Shown here piece after piece: positions 39,160 through 52,512 of a stretch of DNA of 64,000 bases (position 1 is its first letter; each line of letters starts with the position of its first letter). The notes beneath the pieces were generated by a model that made no database searches, was not told where the DNA came from, and saw only the letters and a program-made list of their open reading frames with translations. The position numbers and the translations under genes were made by a program. Origin of the DNA: Camelus ferus (lineage: Eukaryota); assembly GCF_009834535.1 (NCBI RefSeq), contig NC_045698.1, positions 12,836,001 through 12,900,000 on the forward strand. Direction: 5' to 3'.

Positions 39160-39450
39160 GGTGTGATTTTTAGTATCAGCCTGCAAACAGTCCCCCTGGG
39201 GGGCATTGCTGTCTCCTGTCAATCACAAAAATTCTCTCGGCTGTCAATCACCAGCTGACTCAAGGAACTTGCATATTCTGTGCTGGAGGCTTTTTTTTTA
39301 AATTTTTTTTAAGCAGCATGAAGCTACACCAAAGTGCTGTTGAAATGATGGATATATAATAAAATGCTTGCTTGAAGATTCTGCAACCAAATAAATCATG
39401 TTCTCCTTCTTGTCTAATGGTCAAATTCTTTCCAGTCTTTTAATTGGCTT
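39160..39450. promoter_or_regulatory. Candidate developmental enhancer (PBX-MEIS/PREP x2, PBX-HOX x2, EBF-like, E-box, AP-1)
   Basis: CTGTCAATCA (=TGATTGACAG) at 39216-39225 and 39241-39250; TGATGGAT 39346-39353; ATAAATCA 39391-39398; CCCCCTGGGGGG 39192-39203; CAGCTG 39252-39257; TGACTCA 39256-39262. Confidence 0.6.
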
Positions 39451-41297
39451 TCATGTACTTTATACTTAAGAATGGATATATGTGTGTAGTGACCTTTTTA
39501 CGTTTTAGGAACCTTGTAGAAAATAAATTACTTGTTAGATTTTCATTGAGGTCATGACTTTCAATGACTGTAGGTCATCGATTTCACACATACACACAAT
39601 GTGGGCTTTCTTCAGTGGGAAAACTTTTATTTCTTATAAATTTCTTAAATACTTCGACTATAAAAATGTATGTGAAATGTTCAAATCTTAAGTTTTTATT
39701 CAAGTTTAACTTAATCAGTTACAAGATGAAATCTGACGTTCCTCCTTTCCTTGCAGTTCAGTAAATACATGATATAGTTGCTTTCCTAGTTCACACGTAG
39801 ACTTCAGGAGAATAACCAGTGAAATGATCAAACACAGAGAACTATATGTAATGGCTGAATTCTGAATAATCATCCTATTTACAGAGAGAATTTAGATATT
39901 AACTTGAGGGGCTAAGAAACTGGTGGAACTGCCATATGAGAACATTTTATCGGAGGTAAAATAGAATGAGATACTCCTGAATCCCTTTGTGGTTGGGCTG
40001 TTCACTTTGCTAGGAGGGGAAATCTGGGACAAATGACCTCCTGCTGGGTGGAGAGGAAGAGTCCACTCTCCTGCATTCTTTCTTGATCAGCCATTAACAG
40101 AGTTGAGCATGACTCTATTCCTCCCCTCATTCCCATTCATTTTTACTTAAATACGCACCTTTAGGTAGAAGGCTCTCCCCTCTGCAGCCTTGGAAACCAG
40201 CTGTCTCAGCAGTTGTCGGCCCCTTGGCTCAGATGTTGCTACTTACCTCATGGCGGTGTCAATGTTGGATTCCATCTTTCCATTTATATTTATGAGATTT
40301 TAAAAATGTATTATATCTGTAATCTATTAAAAACTCCGTAATTAGTGGAGTTTTAACCATTATTTTACATACAGATAAACTGGATAATGTGAAAAAGCCA
40401 GAAATCTAGCGTTTGAAAAGTTAACAACCAATACGAAAAACCACAGGCAAGATGAAACCCCTACAATGTACAAATATCTCATTGCAAAGTCAAGTTGTTG
40501 AGTTTTCCTTAATTTAAACAAAACTGTCTAAAGTATCTTTCAATAAATTTATTTTTATCCTTCTTATAGGTGAGTTCAGACATTCCAATATTATCTGTGA
40601 ACACAGCCTAAGAAGTAAATGCAATTTTGTCTGTTGACAGATAAAATGAGCCCTTGCTGATGGCAATCATGTATCTTCTAGTTCAATATTCCTCCTCCCC
40701 TCCCACTCCAGGAATAAAGCACAAAAAACAGGCCATCAGTCAATCCTCCATGAATGTCTTGTATTCATGTACAAGTTGAAAAAAAAAAAAACTATCCTCT
40801 ATCTATGGATCTGTCTTTTTTCACACTTTCAATGTGCCTAATGACCCTGCCTTTTAAGGCAGAATTTTATTTTCATACCAATATGAGTAAACACATTCCT
40901 AGAACATTACTCTTGATAGATGTAAGGTGAAGTAGTTAAGGAACAAACCATTTTTTTAGCTGAGTAATTTGCTATAGTTCTAATACAATGCCGTATGTAA
41001 CTTGGAAGCTCAATAAATGACTTTGATGAATTCTATTCTGCTAGAGAGAACACTCCTCCTGTTTACCATTTCAGGTTTTTTGAGGTGAAGATTAGGCAGA
41101 TGCCTGATCTTCAGTATTATGAAGATGTTGAACCAAGTCCAGCATAATCTGTTGGAAGAAAAATCTGCGTTTTTTCCTACAATTCTACACATCTTGAGAA
41201 GAGAAGCACTGACCATCTCTCTCCTGGGCTGTCTTTTCAAATATACTCGTGTAACTAACAGCCTTGGAAGACAGAAGTAACTTCACCTCTGGAGCAA

Positions 41298-41468
41298 ACA
41301 ACAAGGACCTACTGTATAGCACAGGGAACTATATTTAATACCTTGTAATGACCTATAATGAAAAAGAATATAAAAATGAATATACATATACATATATATA
41401 AATGAATCACGATGCCGTACACCAGATATTAACACAACATTATAAATGGACTATACTTCAATAAAAAA
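41298..41468 (+). mobile_element. Short L1 3' UTR fragment (cetartiodactyl type)
   Basis: caacaaggacctactgtatagcacagggaactatat...actatacttcaataaaaaa. Confidence 0.9.
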
Positions 41469-42443
41469 GGATACACCACTTTATAGGAAAATATATCAAA
41501 TGCTCTGCTGGTTAGTACACAAAGGTCAATTATTGAGAGAATGAGAATGTATTGGAACCTACATTGATCTTCACTGCTTCCCAGCCTCCAGCGTTCATGG
41601 TGGGGCATCCTGCAGGAGAACATCTTGTTGTCCTCAGGGAGCTCAGCTCAACCTGGGGAAAATGCTGAAGATGCTGACCCAGTAGGTCTGGCAGGAGCTG
41701 AAGGAACTGTGGGTGGAGGGTGTCCAGCATGAACCAGGTGAGCGCAGGTGAGCAAGGGCGATGGAAGTGAGCCTCACCAGCCACGCAGGCTGCCAGAGCT
41801 CAGAGCACAGGAACAGGCTGCTGCTTCCCTTTCACCTTCTCATGCAAAATGCCACATGAGGCTCACACTAACTCAGAATTTGCAGGGAAAGGAATCCTGG
41901 AGAATAAAGATCCAGGAGAGCTCAGTGGATGATACTTCAGATCCACCACCAGCAACACCTAACCAACTACACCTCACCATAACTGAGACACAGGCTGAAC
42001 TTCCGTGTCTTTCAACAGTATTACAAAACCTTGAAAAAAAATGATATTTGAGCATTTGTTTGTTTCTACCTGTGGCCAAATGAACAAAACCCCTATCTAT
42101 GTAAAATAAACATTTTGCTTTAGAAATTTCCCTTTGATTTATTCCATGAACTTACATGCAGTGAAATTAAGCTGAGCCTCAGTTTCCTTATTAGTAAGAA
42201 AGGGGAATGATACAAATCAGTGTCAGTTAGGGACTGCTCTACCATCACCTAGCCTGTCACCCTGAGCAAGTTTCCTCACCTCTGTGAGCCTTCCTTTCTT
42301 CATTTATCAGATGGGTGTGGGAAAATTCAGTGGTCAAATCCATCCTGTTTGGGAAAGATTTTCTAAAATCTCTAATCAGTAATATGATTCCTGGAGAATT
42401 CTTCTTAGAAAGAACATTTTAGAATTCTCAAATAAGACCTTTT

Positions 42444-42953
42444 CTCTTGATTGATTGATCGATTGATTGATGTCAGTTTGCAATGTTGTGTCAATTTCTG
42501 GTTACAGCATAATGCTTCAGTCGTATATATACATACATAAGTTCCTCTTCATATTCTTTTTCATTATAGGTTACTACAAGATATTGAATGTAGTTTCCTG
42601 TGTTATACAGTAGCAACTTTTTAATCTATTTTCTATAGTTAGTATCTGCAAATCTCAAACTCCCAATTTATCCCTTTGCACCCCCTTCCCCCAATTGTAA
42701 CCGTAAATTTGTCTTCTATGCCTGTGAGTCTGTTTCTGTTTCATAAATAAGTTCATTTGCCTTTTTTTTTTTTTTTAGATTCCACATATAAGTGATATCC
42801 TATGGTATTTTTCTTTCTTTTTCTGGCTTACTTCACTTAGAATGACAATCTCCAGGTCCATCCACATTGCTGCAAATGGCATTATTTCATTCTTCTTTAT
42901 GGCTGAGTAGTATTCCAACATACCACAACTTCATTATCCAGTCATCTGTCAGC
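42444..42953 (-). mobile_element. 5'-truncated camelid-type L1 with 10-bp TSD and (TTGA)n tail
   Basis: TAAGACCTTT at 42433-42442 and 42954-42963; homologous to copies at 3.9 and 62.2 kb. Confidence 0.92.
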
Positions 42954-43604
42954 TAAGACCTTTGAATGCTTAGTGTTAAGGCTTGTCACTCAGTGAAAAG
43001 TGATAAGTGTTGTTGCTTTGCTATGTGCAAATTATCTCTGGCTATTACATCCTGTAATCATGTTTCATTGATAACTTATATGATATTGAAATGTGGTCAT
43101 GAATTCATTTAATGACCTGCTTCATTTTACACTGAAATTTTGTTAGTTGGTTCTGAGCCTCTGCTGGTGAGGTTTGAACCTTTCCTCTCAGCACACAGAG
43201 ATTTCATTACCATGTATAAAGATGTAGGGATGAATATTTTATGCAGTTCAATCCCTTGGATCTGTTATTCCAGTGTATGATATTTATTATTTATTTAGTT
43301 TATTGTGTTTTTTTAAATTAAGGTGCTTGCATATTGGCTCCAGGGGCATTATGATGTGAAGAAACAAAATAAACTAATAATTCTGAGAACCCTCTTATTT
43401 CAGAGTTGCCTAATTAAAACCAGTTTTGGAGACAGAAATGAAAACTAATGATTATAATGCATGTGATCTTGGAGGAACACTTAAGATTCCTTGGGAACTG
43501 AAGAAGGTCAGACAGTAATAGTTGTTACTTTGTACATGAATATTGTATATGCATTTTGAAAAAATATAAATAATACAGACACATGTAAAGTCATAACTGA
43601 AAGA

Positions 43605-43858
43605 ATGAAATGTAATGGGGTGCCTTTTATTGGATCTCAGAGCAGAGAAAGAATGTTAGTGGAAAACAGATGAAATATATACAAAGTTTAGACTTCAGTT
43701 GATAGTAGTATGTCAGTATTGGTTTTTTAGTTTTGAGAAATGTATTGTGGAAATGTAAGATGTTAACAATGGGGGAAACTGGGTGGGGGTGTCCGGAAAA
43801 CCTTTGTACTGCTTTTGTAACTTCTATAAATCTAAAATCATCCCAAAATAAAAGTTTT
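43605..43858 (+). mobile_element. L1MC-type 3' end
   Basis: atgtaagatgttaacaatgggggaaactggg...taaatctaaaatcatcccaaaataaaagttt. Confidence 0.8.
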
Positions 43859-44200
43859 ATTTTTATTTTTATCTACTTATTTATTTATTTTTATTTGAAA
43901 TACAGTTGACTTAGAATATTATATTAGTTTTGGGTCTACAGTATAATGATTTGATATTTTTATAAATTACACACCATATAAAGTTATAAAATACTGACTA
44001 TATTTCCTGTGCTGTGCATTACATCTTGTGAAATTTATTTTATAACCACCTGTCATGCCATCACTTCTTTCATCCTTCTGCCTTGTAACCACTACTTTGG
44101 TCTCTGTATCCATGAGTCTCTTTCTGTTTTGTTGTATACAGCTCTGTGTGCTGTTACTTATATGTGGGATCTAAAAAACAAAACAAATTAACAAATGAAA
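43859..44200 (-). mobile_element. Short L1 3' end with inverted 5' segment
   Basis: Antisense 3' UTR to ~44135, then sense-oriented ttacttatatgtgggatctaaaaaacaaaacaaa (ORF2 end/3' UTR start). Confidence 0.8.
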
Positions 44201-44819
44201 TGTTTTTTTTTTAAAGTGGACAAAAACACTTTTCCCCTTTGCTGATAGTTGGCCCATACTAATATACTGCTCCCCTCTCCTATAACAATATAACTTAGAT
44301 TTTCAGGTCAATACACACAAATCTACCTCATGTTAAAAATGCCTACAAGTTATTTCAAGATGTTAATTTACATATTTTAAAGTCATTCTGTTGAACTGAT
44401 TCCATTGTTTCTGCCTTAGCAAGTCATGCTACAAAGGGCATCTTTTCAAATATATCCTTGTACATTTATATGAACCTTAGGTATAAAATAAATGTTCCAA
44501 ATTGCCACAAGTATGAATATTAACATTTTAAAGGTCAAATTATTCTTCTAATGGTTTTTGGAATTTATAAATCTATCAATAGTATACAAGGATGGCTTTT
44601 TACTCATACTGTTACCAAACTGGATATTATCATTAAAAAAATGCCAGTGTATTTGAAAAACTGGTATTTCAGTTGTGTGATGATGGAGGAATGAATGCTA
44701 ACCATGCAGCTGGGAGAAGAGGGTAAGAATGGATAAGATGGAATCATGGGCAAACACAGGAAAGCACAGAGAGAATGCTGCTCTCAACGTGTATTTTTCA
44801 GGAAAGTTGGCATTTAGCA

Positions 44820-45745
44820 TGGACTTAAGGGTCAACCTGAGGTTCATAGTCATGAAATGTTTGAATCCATATTAAGGAGATGAAATGTGTTTCAAAATCA
44901 TTTACAGTTTTCCAAAACGGAAGAACATGCTCAGAATTTCATTTTTAGAAAGATGTCTATGAGTGTCATGTAAGAGTCTGTCTTAAACGGGGATAAAGCT
45001 GGAAAAAGGATAACTAGTTAAGAGGTTCTTGATATGATGTGATACATATTAGCACTGAGGCACGGAAGTGCCTCTGAGAGAAGCATCAAAGACAGAAGCT
45101 ACAGAACTCAGCGGCTGCTTAGACCTGAAGGGTAAAAGAGGTGGAGTGGACCAGACTTTAGAAGACTAGACTCTCAGTTTTATTTTTGCAAAATTAGAAA
45201 CTGCATGGAGAGACGCAGATTTGGGAAAGAGGTGATGAATTTTGTCTTAGAAACGTTCCATGTGAGATGCCTGTAGAACTCCAAACTGAACACGAGCAGT
45301 GGACAGAGGGATGCAGTTATGTATTATAGGATGGTTAACAGCAGCCCTGGTGTCCATCCACTAGAAACCAGTAGCAGAGTTCAAGTTGTGACAACAAAAA
45401 ATATCTCCAGATATTGCCAAATGCCCCTTGAGGGTAAAATAAAAATTCCCTGTTGAGAACTGCTGGACTATGTGAAGTGAGAAGGAAAAACGGTGATGAT
45501 AGATCCCTGAGGAACATCGCTGTTAAAATATGTTAGAGAAGGAGGGTGGGAGAAGTGCCAGGAAGTAGAAGCAGAAAAACAAACAAACAAGAAACGGTGC
45601 CCTCGAAGACAGAGGAGGGAATGTGTAAAAAGAAGAAAATAGACATATATGTCATATACTGATGCAATGTTAAGTCAGTTAGAGACTAAAATTTTCAAGT
45701 ATATTTGGCAATTTCAAGGTCACTTGTGACATTGACAAGAGTAAT
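44820..45745 (-). mobile_element. L2 fragment
   Basis: Antisense L2 motifs (gaggtgatgaattttgtcttagaaacgttccatgtgagatgcctgtag; tatttggcaatttcaaggtcacttgtgacattgacaagag). Confidence 0.65.
45315..45466 (-). mobile_element. MER20-like hAT-Charlie fragment nested in L2
   Basis: gttgtgacaacaaaaaatatctccagatattgccaaatgcccc...gttgagaactgctg. Confidence 0.85.
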
Positions 45746-46175
45746 TTTTTTGATATCAGCTTCAGGTGTCACCTGGAAGCAGTTGTTCTAAAAAATCCGA
45801 TAAACTATTAGTTTTTGAGTGATGGCTATCTCATTGCTTTTCTTGCAGTTTTACTGACAGTTCTGTTGACTTTTTTCACTCACACTCAGTCTGGGTATTT
45901 CACTAGAGAATTACTGAACTCTTTCTATAGTTGTTTCTCCTGACCCCATTTTCAGATGAAAATTTTTAATAACTAAATACCATTTGTACTTTAAGGCAAC
46001 ACCTCTCAGTTTTTATTCTTTTACTGAAGTGTCTTCATTTAAAAAATCCAGAGTTTGTGTCATGGTGCTAACTGGAGAAGTAGACCTTGTCCTGTTGCCA
46101 GAATCTTCTTTCCCCTCTTATTCTTGGACCAAATTTAAGTGACTAAACACTCTACTTTCAGGAAGAATTTGGTTT

Positions 46176-47198
46176 CAGCGTGCTGGAGGTGACTGTCACA
46201 GGCTCATGATAGCTGATCATTAAATTTTCAGGAGTCTTTGAGTCAGTCATTAAACATGATCATAATTAGAAATTAAATTATAAAACCTCACTCTTAAATA
46301 ATTTAAGACCAAAAGTAATAAATATTCAGTGCTCATGTCTTTCTAATTATTTTACTGTTATCTGTGTTTGTGAGGTTATGTTGATTGTATCAATATGGTT
46401 AAAATATCATATAATGTGGTAATTCTAGGCATCTCTTCCCAACTTTGTATTCAGTGATACCAGGTTGGTAGCTTGAAATCAGCAACAGTCAGAAGTATTT
46501 ACATCATGGATGTTGGAAAAAAACTACAAATCAGAGCCTAAATATAAAGAGGGAGCTTCCAGACCCTCTCTGGGAACCTAAATGCATTCATCAACCTGGA
46601 GATCCCCTAATTTATTTTTGATATTCTAGACTTAAAAAAGTGATAGAAAAAAATGTTAGTAATGTCAATTAAACTTAAAAGTGCCTTGTATCTGTATCTG
46701 TTACATTGTGAATAGCACAATCTTGGAGAAAATAGTCTCCTGGTATCCAAAGACTATTATCCAACCAGCAAAGAAGTCACTCAGGACCTTGATGAATGGG
46801 TGAAATTCCAGATTCTTGATGAATGAGTGAAATTCCAGCATATGTCCATGTCATTTCAATGTCATCTTACTCATTAATAAACCAACATTTATATGGAATA
46901 ATATTCATGATGGAATTAAATTATCATTTAATTGATAATCTAGATTGGCCGTACAAGAATTTGATAAAAATCAGTGTAAGCATTTTGTAAGACTCAATTG
47001 GCTGTAAGAAACTTGTAATAAAGAGTAATGTATATCTTATTATTTGCAAGTTGCATGCTGTGCATCCTTTATAACAGGTAATTTTATAATAGATTTAGGT
47101 TTGGGTGTTTATATAAATATCTATGTCTACACACAAATATGTGTATTCACACATTTTTGTTTTCAGAAAAGTCAGTGATTTAAACATTTACCAGCATT
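46176..47198 (+). mobile_element. MER63-like hAT-Blackjack DNA transposon (~1 kb)
   Basis: Start cagcgtgctggag...ttaaattttcagga; internal catctcttcccaact...gttggtagcttgaaatc; end ttaaacatttaccagca. Confidence 0.8.
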
Positions 47199-48043
47199 TC
47201 TTTCTTATAAGATTTTCCCAATTAACTCACAGGACTGCCTTATAAGGTTGATATACAATAAAATCTGAGGTGGATATACTTCAGAGTTTTCAGAAATTAC
47301 TGCTATATGTTGATGTTTCTAAAATTGCTCTCCTCTCTTCCCACTCACTGTCTTTGCCCAAAATTTTATTTCATCACATTTTGAGAAAAGTACTCCATCT
47401 CTCCTTTACCATATCGACTTACTGTAGAGTATTTATCTTGCAATGGTTTAGTCCATTTTTATTTTGTTAAATTTACCCTGTTTTCTAGGTTTATCTTTCT
47501 TAACCCTTTTCTCTGACACTAATGCAAGTTGTATAAATTTAATTGCAAAGATTTATAGTCTATATATTTCGGTCTCATCATTGAATGTTTACTTTTTTTT
47601 TTCTGAATTTACCCTTCTTTTAAAATTTTCTCTAGTGAATCTAGTTTCTCTAGTCCCTTATTGTCATTCATGACCATTTCCCCTATTTGCAAGTGTTGTC
47701 TACACTGTAAACATTCGTAGCTTTCATCCCAACTTCAGTGGAAGAGGTCAACAATGATCTTTTGGTTGCTGAATATGATGGGCCCATTCAATGTTTCAGT
47801 GAGTTGGCTTCCTGTGATTTTGGACGCTGTTAAACAAAATCACCTTGAAACTCAAGAGTTTCTATAATGACCCTATTTTTTTCTGCATCCATTGTCAATT
47901 ACTCTTCTTCTATTTCCTTCATGAACTCACTTCTCTGGGCAAATTATCCCTAATCATACCCAGCCCTCACACCCTACTCCAATTGCTGTACTCTTATACT
48001 GTTATGAAATAGTGTTTTTTTTTCTTTTAAAGTGCTTGTCATA

Positions 48044-48537
48044 TGTTATGGGTTGCATTGGGCACCCCCCTCCCATCTAATTCATATGGTGAAGTCCTAA
48101 ACCTCCAGTACCTTAGAATGTGACCTTATGTGGAAATAGGGTCGTTCAGATATAATTAGTTATGATAAGATCATGGCTAAAGCAGGGTAAGCTCCTAAAC
48201 CAGAATAACCTGTGCCTTATAAAAAGGAGAGATTTGCCCACGTGCGCACACTCATGCACATACACACACAGACGCACAGGTCACATGTGAACATAAAGGC
48301 AACGATCAGGGTGTTGTGTCTACAAGCCAAGAAATAAGATCCCCAGCAAACCACTGGAAGCCAAGAGGGAGGCATGGAACAGATTTTCCCTCACAGAGAA
48401 AAACAGAAACCAACCTTGCTGATTAATAGTCTTGTCTCAGACGTCTAGCCTTGAAAACTGTGAGATAATGAATTTCTGTTTCTTGAGCCATCCAGTTTGT
48501 GGTACTTTTTTTTTATGGCAGCAAAGAAACTAATACA
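48044..48537 (+). mobile_element. MaLR solo LTR (MLT1B/C-like) inserted in an L2 remnant
   Basis: tgttatgggttg...cagtaccttagaatgtgacctta...gaggcatggaacagatt...aaactaataca; L2-like flanks ~47700-48040 and ~48540-48700. Confidence 0.88.
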
Positions 48538-51500
48538 GCATCATAAATTATACAATTATACATTCATCACTGAGATTAATTCATATCTTATCTGCATACA
48601 GGAACAAAAGTTTTCTGAAAGCAGGGGTTGTGTCTATTTTATTCAGAATTATATTCCTTCTTCTTATTTATATGGTGTATAATAGATACTCAATAAAAAG
48701 TGAGTATTTAAATAAAAATCCTGTTCCTCAACAAAGTGTTTACTACTATAATGATTAGGAGAAATTTTGCTTCTAATTTACCTATCAGATTTTCTGGTTG
48801 CAAATTCAAGAGGCTATAGAATTTCTTCTGCAAACCTGTCCTTGAGATGAGGAAAGAAAGGAAGACTCTTAGCTGAGTGGGATGCATGTATCTGATGATA
48901 GGGGTCTTTTATTTGGCCTTTTATTTTCACATAGGCTAAATTTACTCATTTTGGCCTTAGCAACAGAATATGTGCAAAAGTCTGAGATAGTGGTGTGTGG
49001 AAAGTGATGACAGCACCATATGGGGGATTGTGTGGTATTTGGATGACATGCCATATTTTAATGTTTAATTTAAGAAGCTCTGATTTTGACAGTAAGAGTC
49101 GGGGATTAAAAAATAGATCTAAGAGATAAATATAGAGTAGAACCATGTGATAATAAAAAAACTAATTGTTGTATGATGACCCATTATTTTCTATTTTATG
49201 TGTAATTTTTTCACATAAAACAGTATTTCTTCCCTCTTTTTCACCTGATCTGCATCATAAGTGCAAATTGTCATTTTACATGTGAGAAATCTGTCCCATT
49301 TTTCTCTATTTCATAATATTCATTTTGGGTAATTGTTTATTGTTGAATCAAAAGATACTCTTTCTTAGTTATTTTTAATGTTATATAAATATGATATTTA
49401 AATCATTATTGCAACAGAGTTTTGGCCACAGATGGATTTATATAAATTAGAGCATATGGATTAGCATACGGAGTAAGACAAATCAGAGTTCATTCCAGAG
49501 AAACATATGTCATTTCAGTGTTTGGTGTCACTAGCAATAGATAGATAAAACAAATTTGATTACAAAATATTTTTTTCTAAATACATATATGTTATCATAT
49601 TTTAAAGCAGAATATTTTATTCATGAGCATCATTAACATATGTATTCATACTTCTGTGCTAATTAAGTTTAATTCTTTCCCCATCATCCCCGCATATCTA
49701 TGTAATTATGACATCACAGGTAAAAAGACATTTAAGCAATTTGTATAATAACATACTTTAATCTTTCATTAATATACAATTTCAAATAAGGAAGCATGCA
49801 AGTAAATTGAATTTGATACATTTAGGAAAAGAATGAGAAAATTATTCTAGTAAGTACAAGCATGCACATATCAATATTCATGAAATCATTGAATCAAATC
49901 ACAATGCCTTGGAAGCTAATTTTGCCAAATTTAAATTAATTAAAATTTTTGAATTTACAAGATAGTCCTTTAAAGTTTTCAGTTTATGGAAGTTACGATA
50001 ATTTGCAAATCTGTAAAAATTATTTAAAACAAACTTAAAGTTTTTCTTGAATCTCATAAAGCCTTACATAATACACATTCTAAATATACATGAAACTAAC
50101 CATGAAGTTTAATTTTGTCTATTTCTAAGTGATAGATTAAGTATTTAGGAGATGCATGAAAATAAAAAACCCTTAAAAAGAAAACCATCCACGCTCTTCA
50201 ATGTTACTAGGGATTTTCTCTTATATCATTTTAGGAGCCAGGATGACAAAATAAAACATTGTGCTCAGAAACGTTATCCTGGAATTTTAAAAGGGTAGAG
50301 ACTAGAAAGAGACACTTTTATTTAGGAAATCATTTAACAAATTTTAAGCATTAAGATACAAAACTCCCAAGGAAAAATAGCAAATAAAGTGAATGTGTCC
50401 TCTGTAAGTCCAAAGGGTTCTTTGTTCTTTGTTATTACCCTAGAGCCAGAGAATAATGGTACCAATGAGGTGAGAAATACTGACACGGGTCACCAAAAGA
50501 AAGACAGCATGCAAACAAAATCAGGTCAGCTTGTTCACTGAGTCATCTTACAGTTAACCTTGAACTATTTAAGTTAAACCTCAGAACAGGCCACGGGTTT
50601 CAAGGAAAGGCCTGAGCTGTGCTAAATAAAATTGAACTTCTCCGTAGTTTTCATACTGAATTTGTTCATTATAAGATACCATTTCAAAGAGGCCATAAAA
50701 ATAACTGTGCCACATGATAACACATCAATGGTTTATAAATGGTGGCAAAATGCCTTTGGTGTCCCTTGTGAACTCTTGTGAGGTGTTGATAACGGATTTA
50801 TAAGATGGAATGGAACACCGCAAAAGCATTCTTTTCTCTTTTGCCTACTAAAAATTTTTTTTTCTTCCTCAATTCAGGAACAAAGTTAGAAAATAATTTT
50901 GAATAGCCTTTGTGGGACTTTCTTAGATGTGAGCCTGGCAGATCATCAGTAGAAGAAAGATGTTGGAACCATTTACAACTTTCTCTTGACTTCTCCCAAG
51001 CTGACAGCAGGTTGAATCGATCTGTCTAAGTGCCTGTCATTTGTTGGGAGGAAGGGATCAATAGTCTCCAAACATCTGTCTCCAAGATTTAGAATTTGAA
51101 AACACTTTTGGAATGGATTTAGGTGGATCTAATCAAAGTACTGAGGCAAGGACGTGAATGAGGGCCTTGAAATAAAATTATCATGTTAGAGAGAGAGAGG
51201 GAGAAACATCTACTACGTTGGATTAGGCAGGGAGATTGGGAGAGAAGAAGAGTTATTCCTGGTCAGGTCCTGCTGGGAATGCTTTGCACCTGGGAAAACT
51301 GTTTTATATGAGAATTAAAACAGCAGGTAGTCACAGTTGTGTTGATACTCGGGGCTCAGTCAGAATGCCCTGGTGTCCCCTTGTGAGTTGACTTTACCTA
51401 AAGAAGTGTTTTGGTATCTGCCTTGTCTCTGCTGTAAGAGGGCTCCAAGAAATTGTCCTGAATCTTTCTTTACAGCTTCCAACTTTCACGTATGTGGTGT

Positions 51501-51777
51501 ATTTGAAAGAGCTTACACTTTAGATTCTGGCTAGATTGCTGGGGATTCTTTTCGCCTCTTTTTAACTGAGAAACTGGTCAGCCCACCCTGGCCAGTTGAA
51601 GAACTGATACTTCTAGAACAGGGTGTCACCTAGCACGTGTGTTAGCTACAGGAGCAGGGCAGTTTTGTTGAGTTGCAATGCTCATCACAGGCACTGTTGG
51701 TCAACAACAAAAACAATGTTGCGTTTTGAATAAATTAGCAAGTTATTCATTTCAAACAGGAGAAAATACGCTAGAAT

Positions 51778-51845
51778 TAACATTATGCTGTACACCGGAA
51801 ACTGATACAACATTGTAAACTGACTATACTTCAGTTAAAAAAAAT
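51778..51845 (+). mobile_element. Very short L1 3' terminus
   Basis: tgctgtacaccggaaactgatacaacattgtaaactgactatacttcagttaaaaaaaa. Confidence 0.8.
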
Positions 51846-52512
51846 GGTTAAGAAGAAAGGCAGGGATGAAACAATTGTGTCATTAGAGGAACTTCAGTGT
51901 AACATAATATTTACATGGTTTGAAATTATTCAACTTTGTAAAAATATATGTAAAATGTGGCTCTCTCATGAAAAATGAATATTGAAAATTTTGATAGTCC
52001 CATACTAGAATTTGACTTGTAGTAGGTTAAATTTCTTTCATTTTATAAGCTTCAAATATCTATTCTTCAATTTTATACCAACAATTTGTCAATGTTCTGA
52101 AACTTAGTAATTTCCTGAAGTGGTATCTTACTGTTGTTTTTCTTTTCTTTGAGAAGTAGGTAAATCTGAATTCTTTTATCTAAAAAAGTGTTTCTCATAG
52201 ATACTGAGCAAAAAATATGATCAACAATTATATTTTTTTCTCATGTATGTATCTATCAAAATGTGTCAGTAAGTTTACATTAAAAGAAAAAATAGAAGAC
52301 TTTTTAATAAGCTTTCCTTTTTATATGAAGCTTTAGAATGTTAAACTACACTGAAAAAAAATGTATATGCATCAAATATATTTTCATGACCAGTCATCAC
52401 CTAATCAGCATTAAGATGTATTAAAAATATCATCTCCTCGTGATGGCTAAATTGATATTAAACAATCATTTGACTTCAAAATGAAATTTTTATTCCCAAA
52501 ATAAAAATGTTA

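Noticed and set aside
41010..41240. 76-aa minus ORF and plus-strand acceptor peptide FFEVKIRQMPDLQYYEDVEPSPA*
   Set aside because: No recognisable homology; adjoins an L2-like tail; consistent with chance
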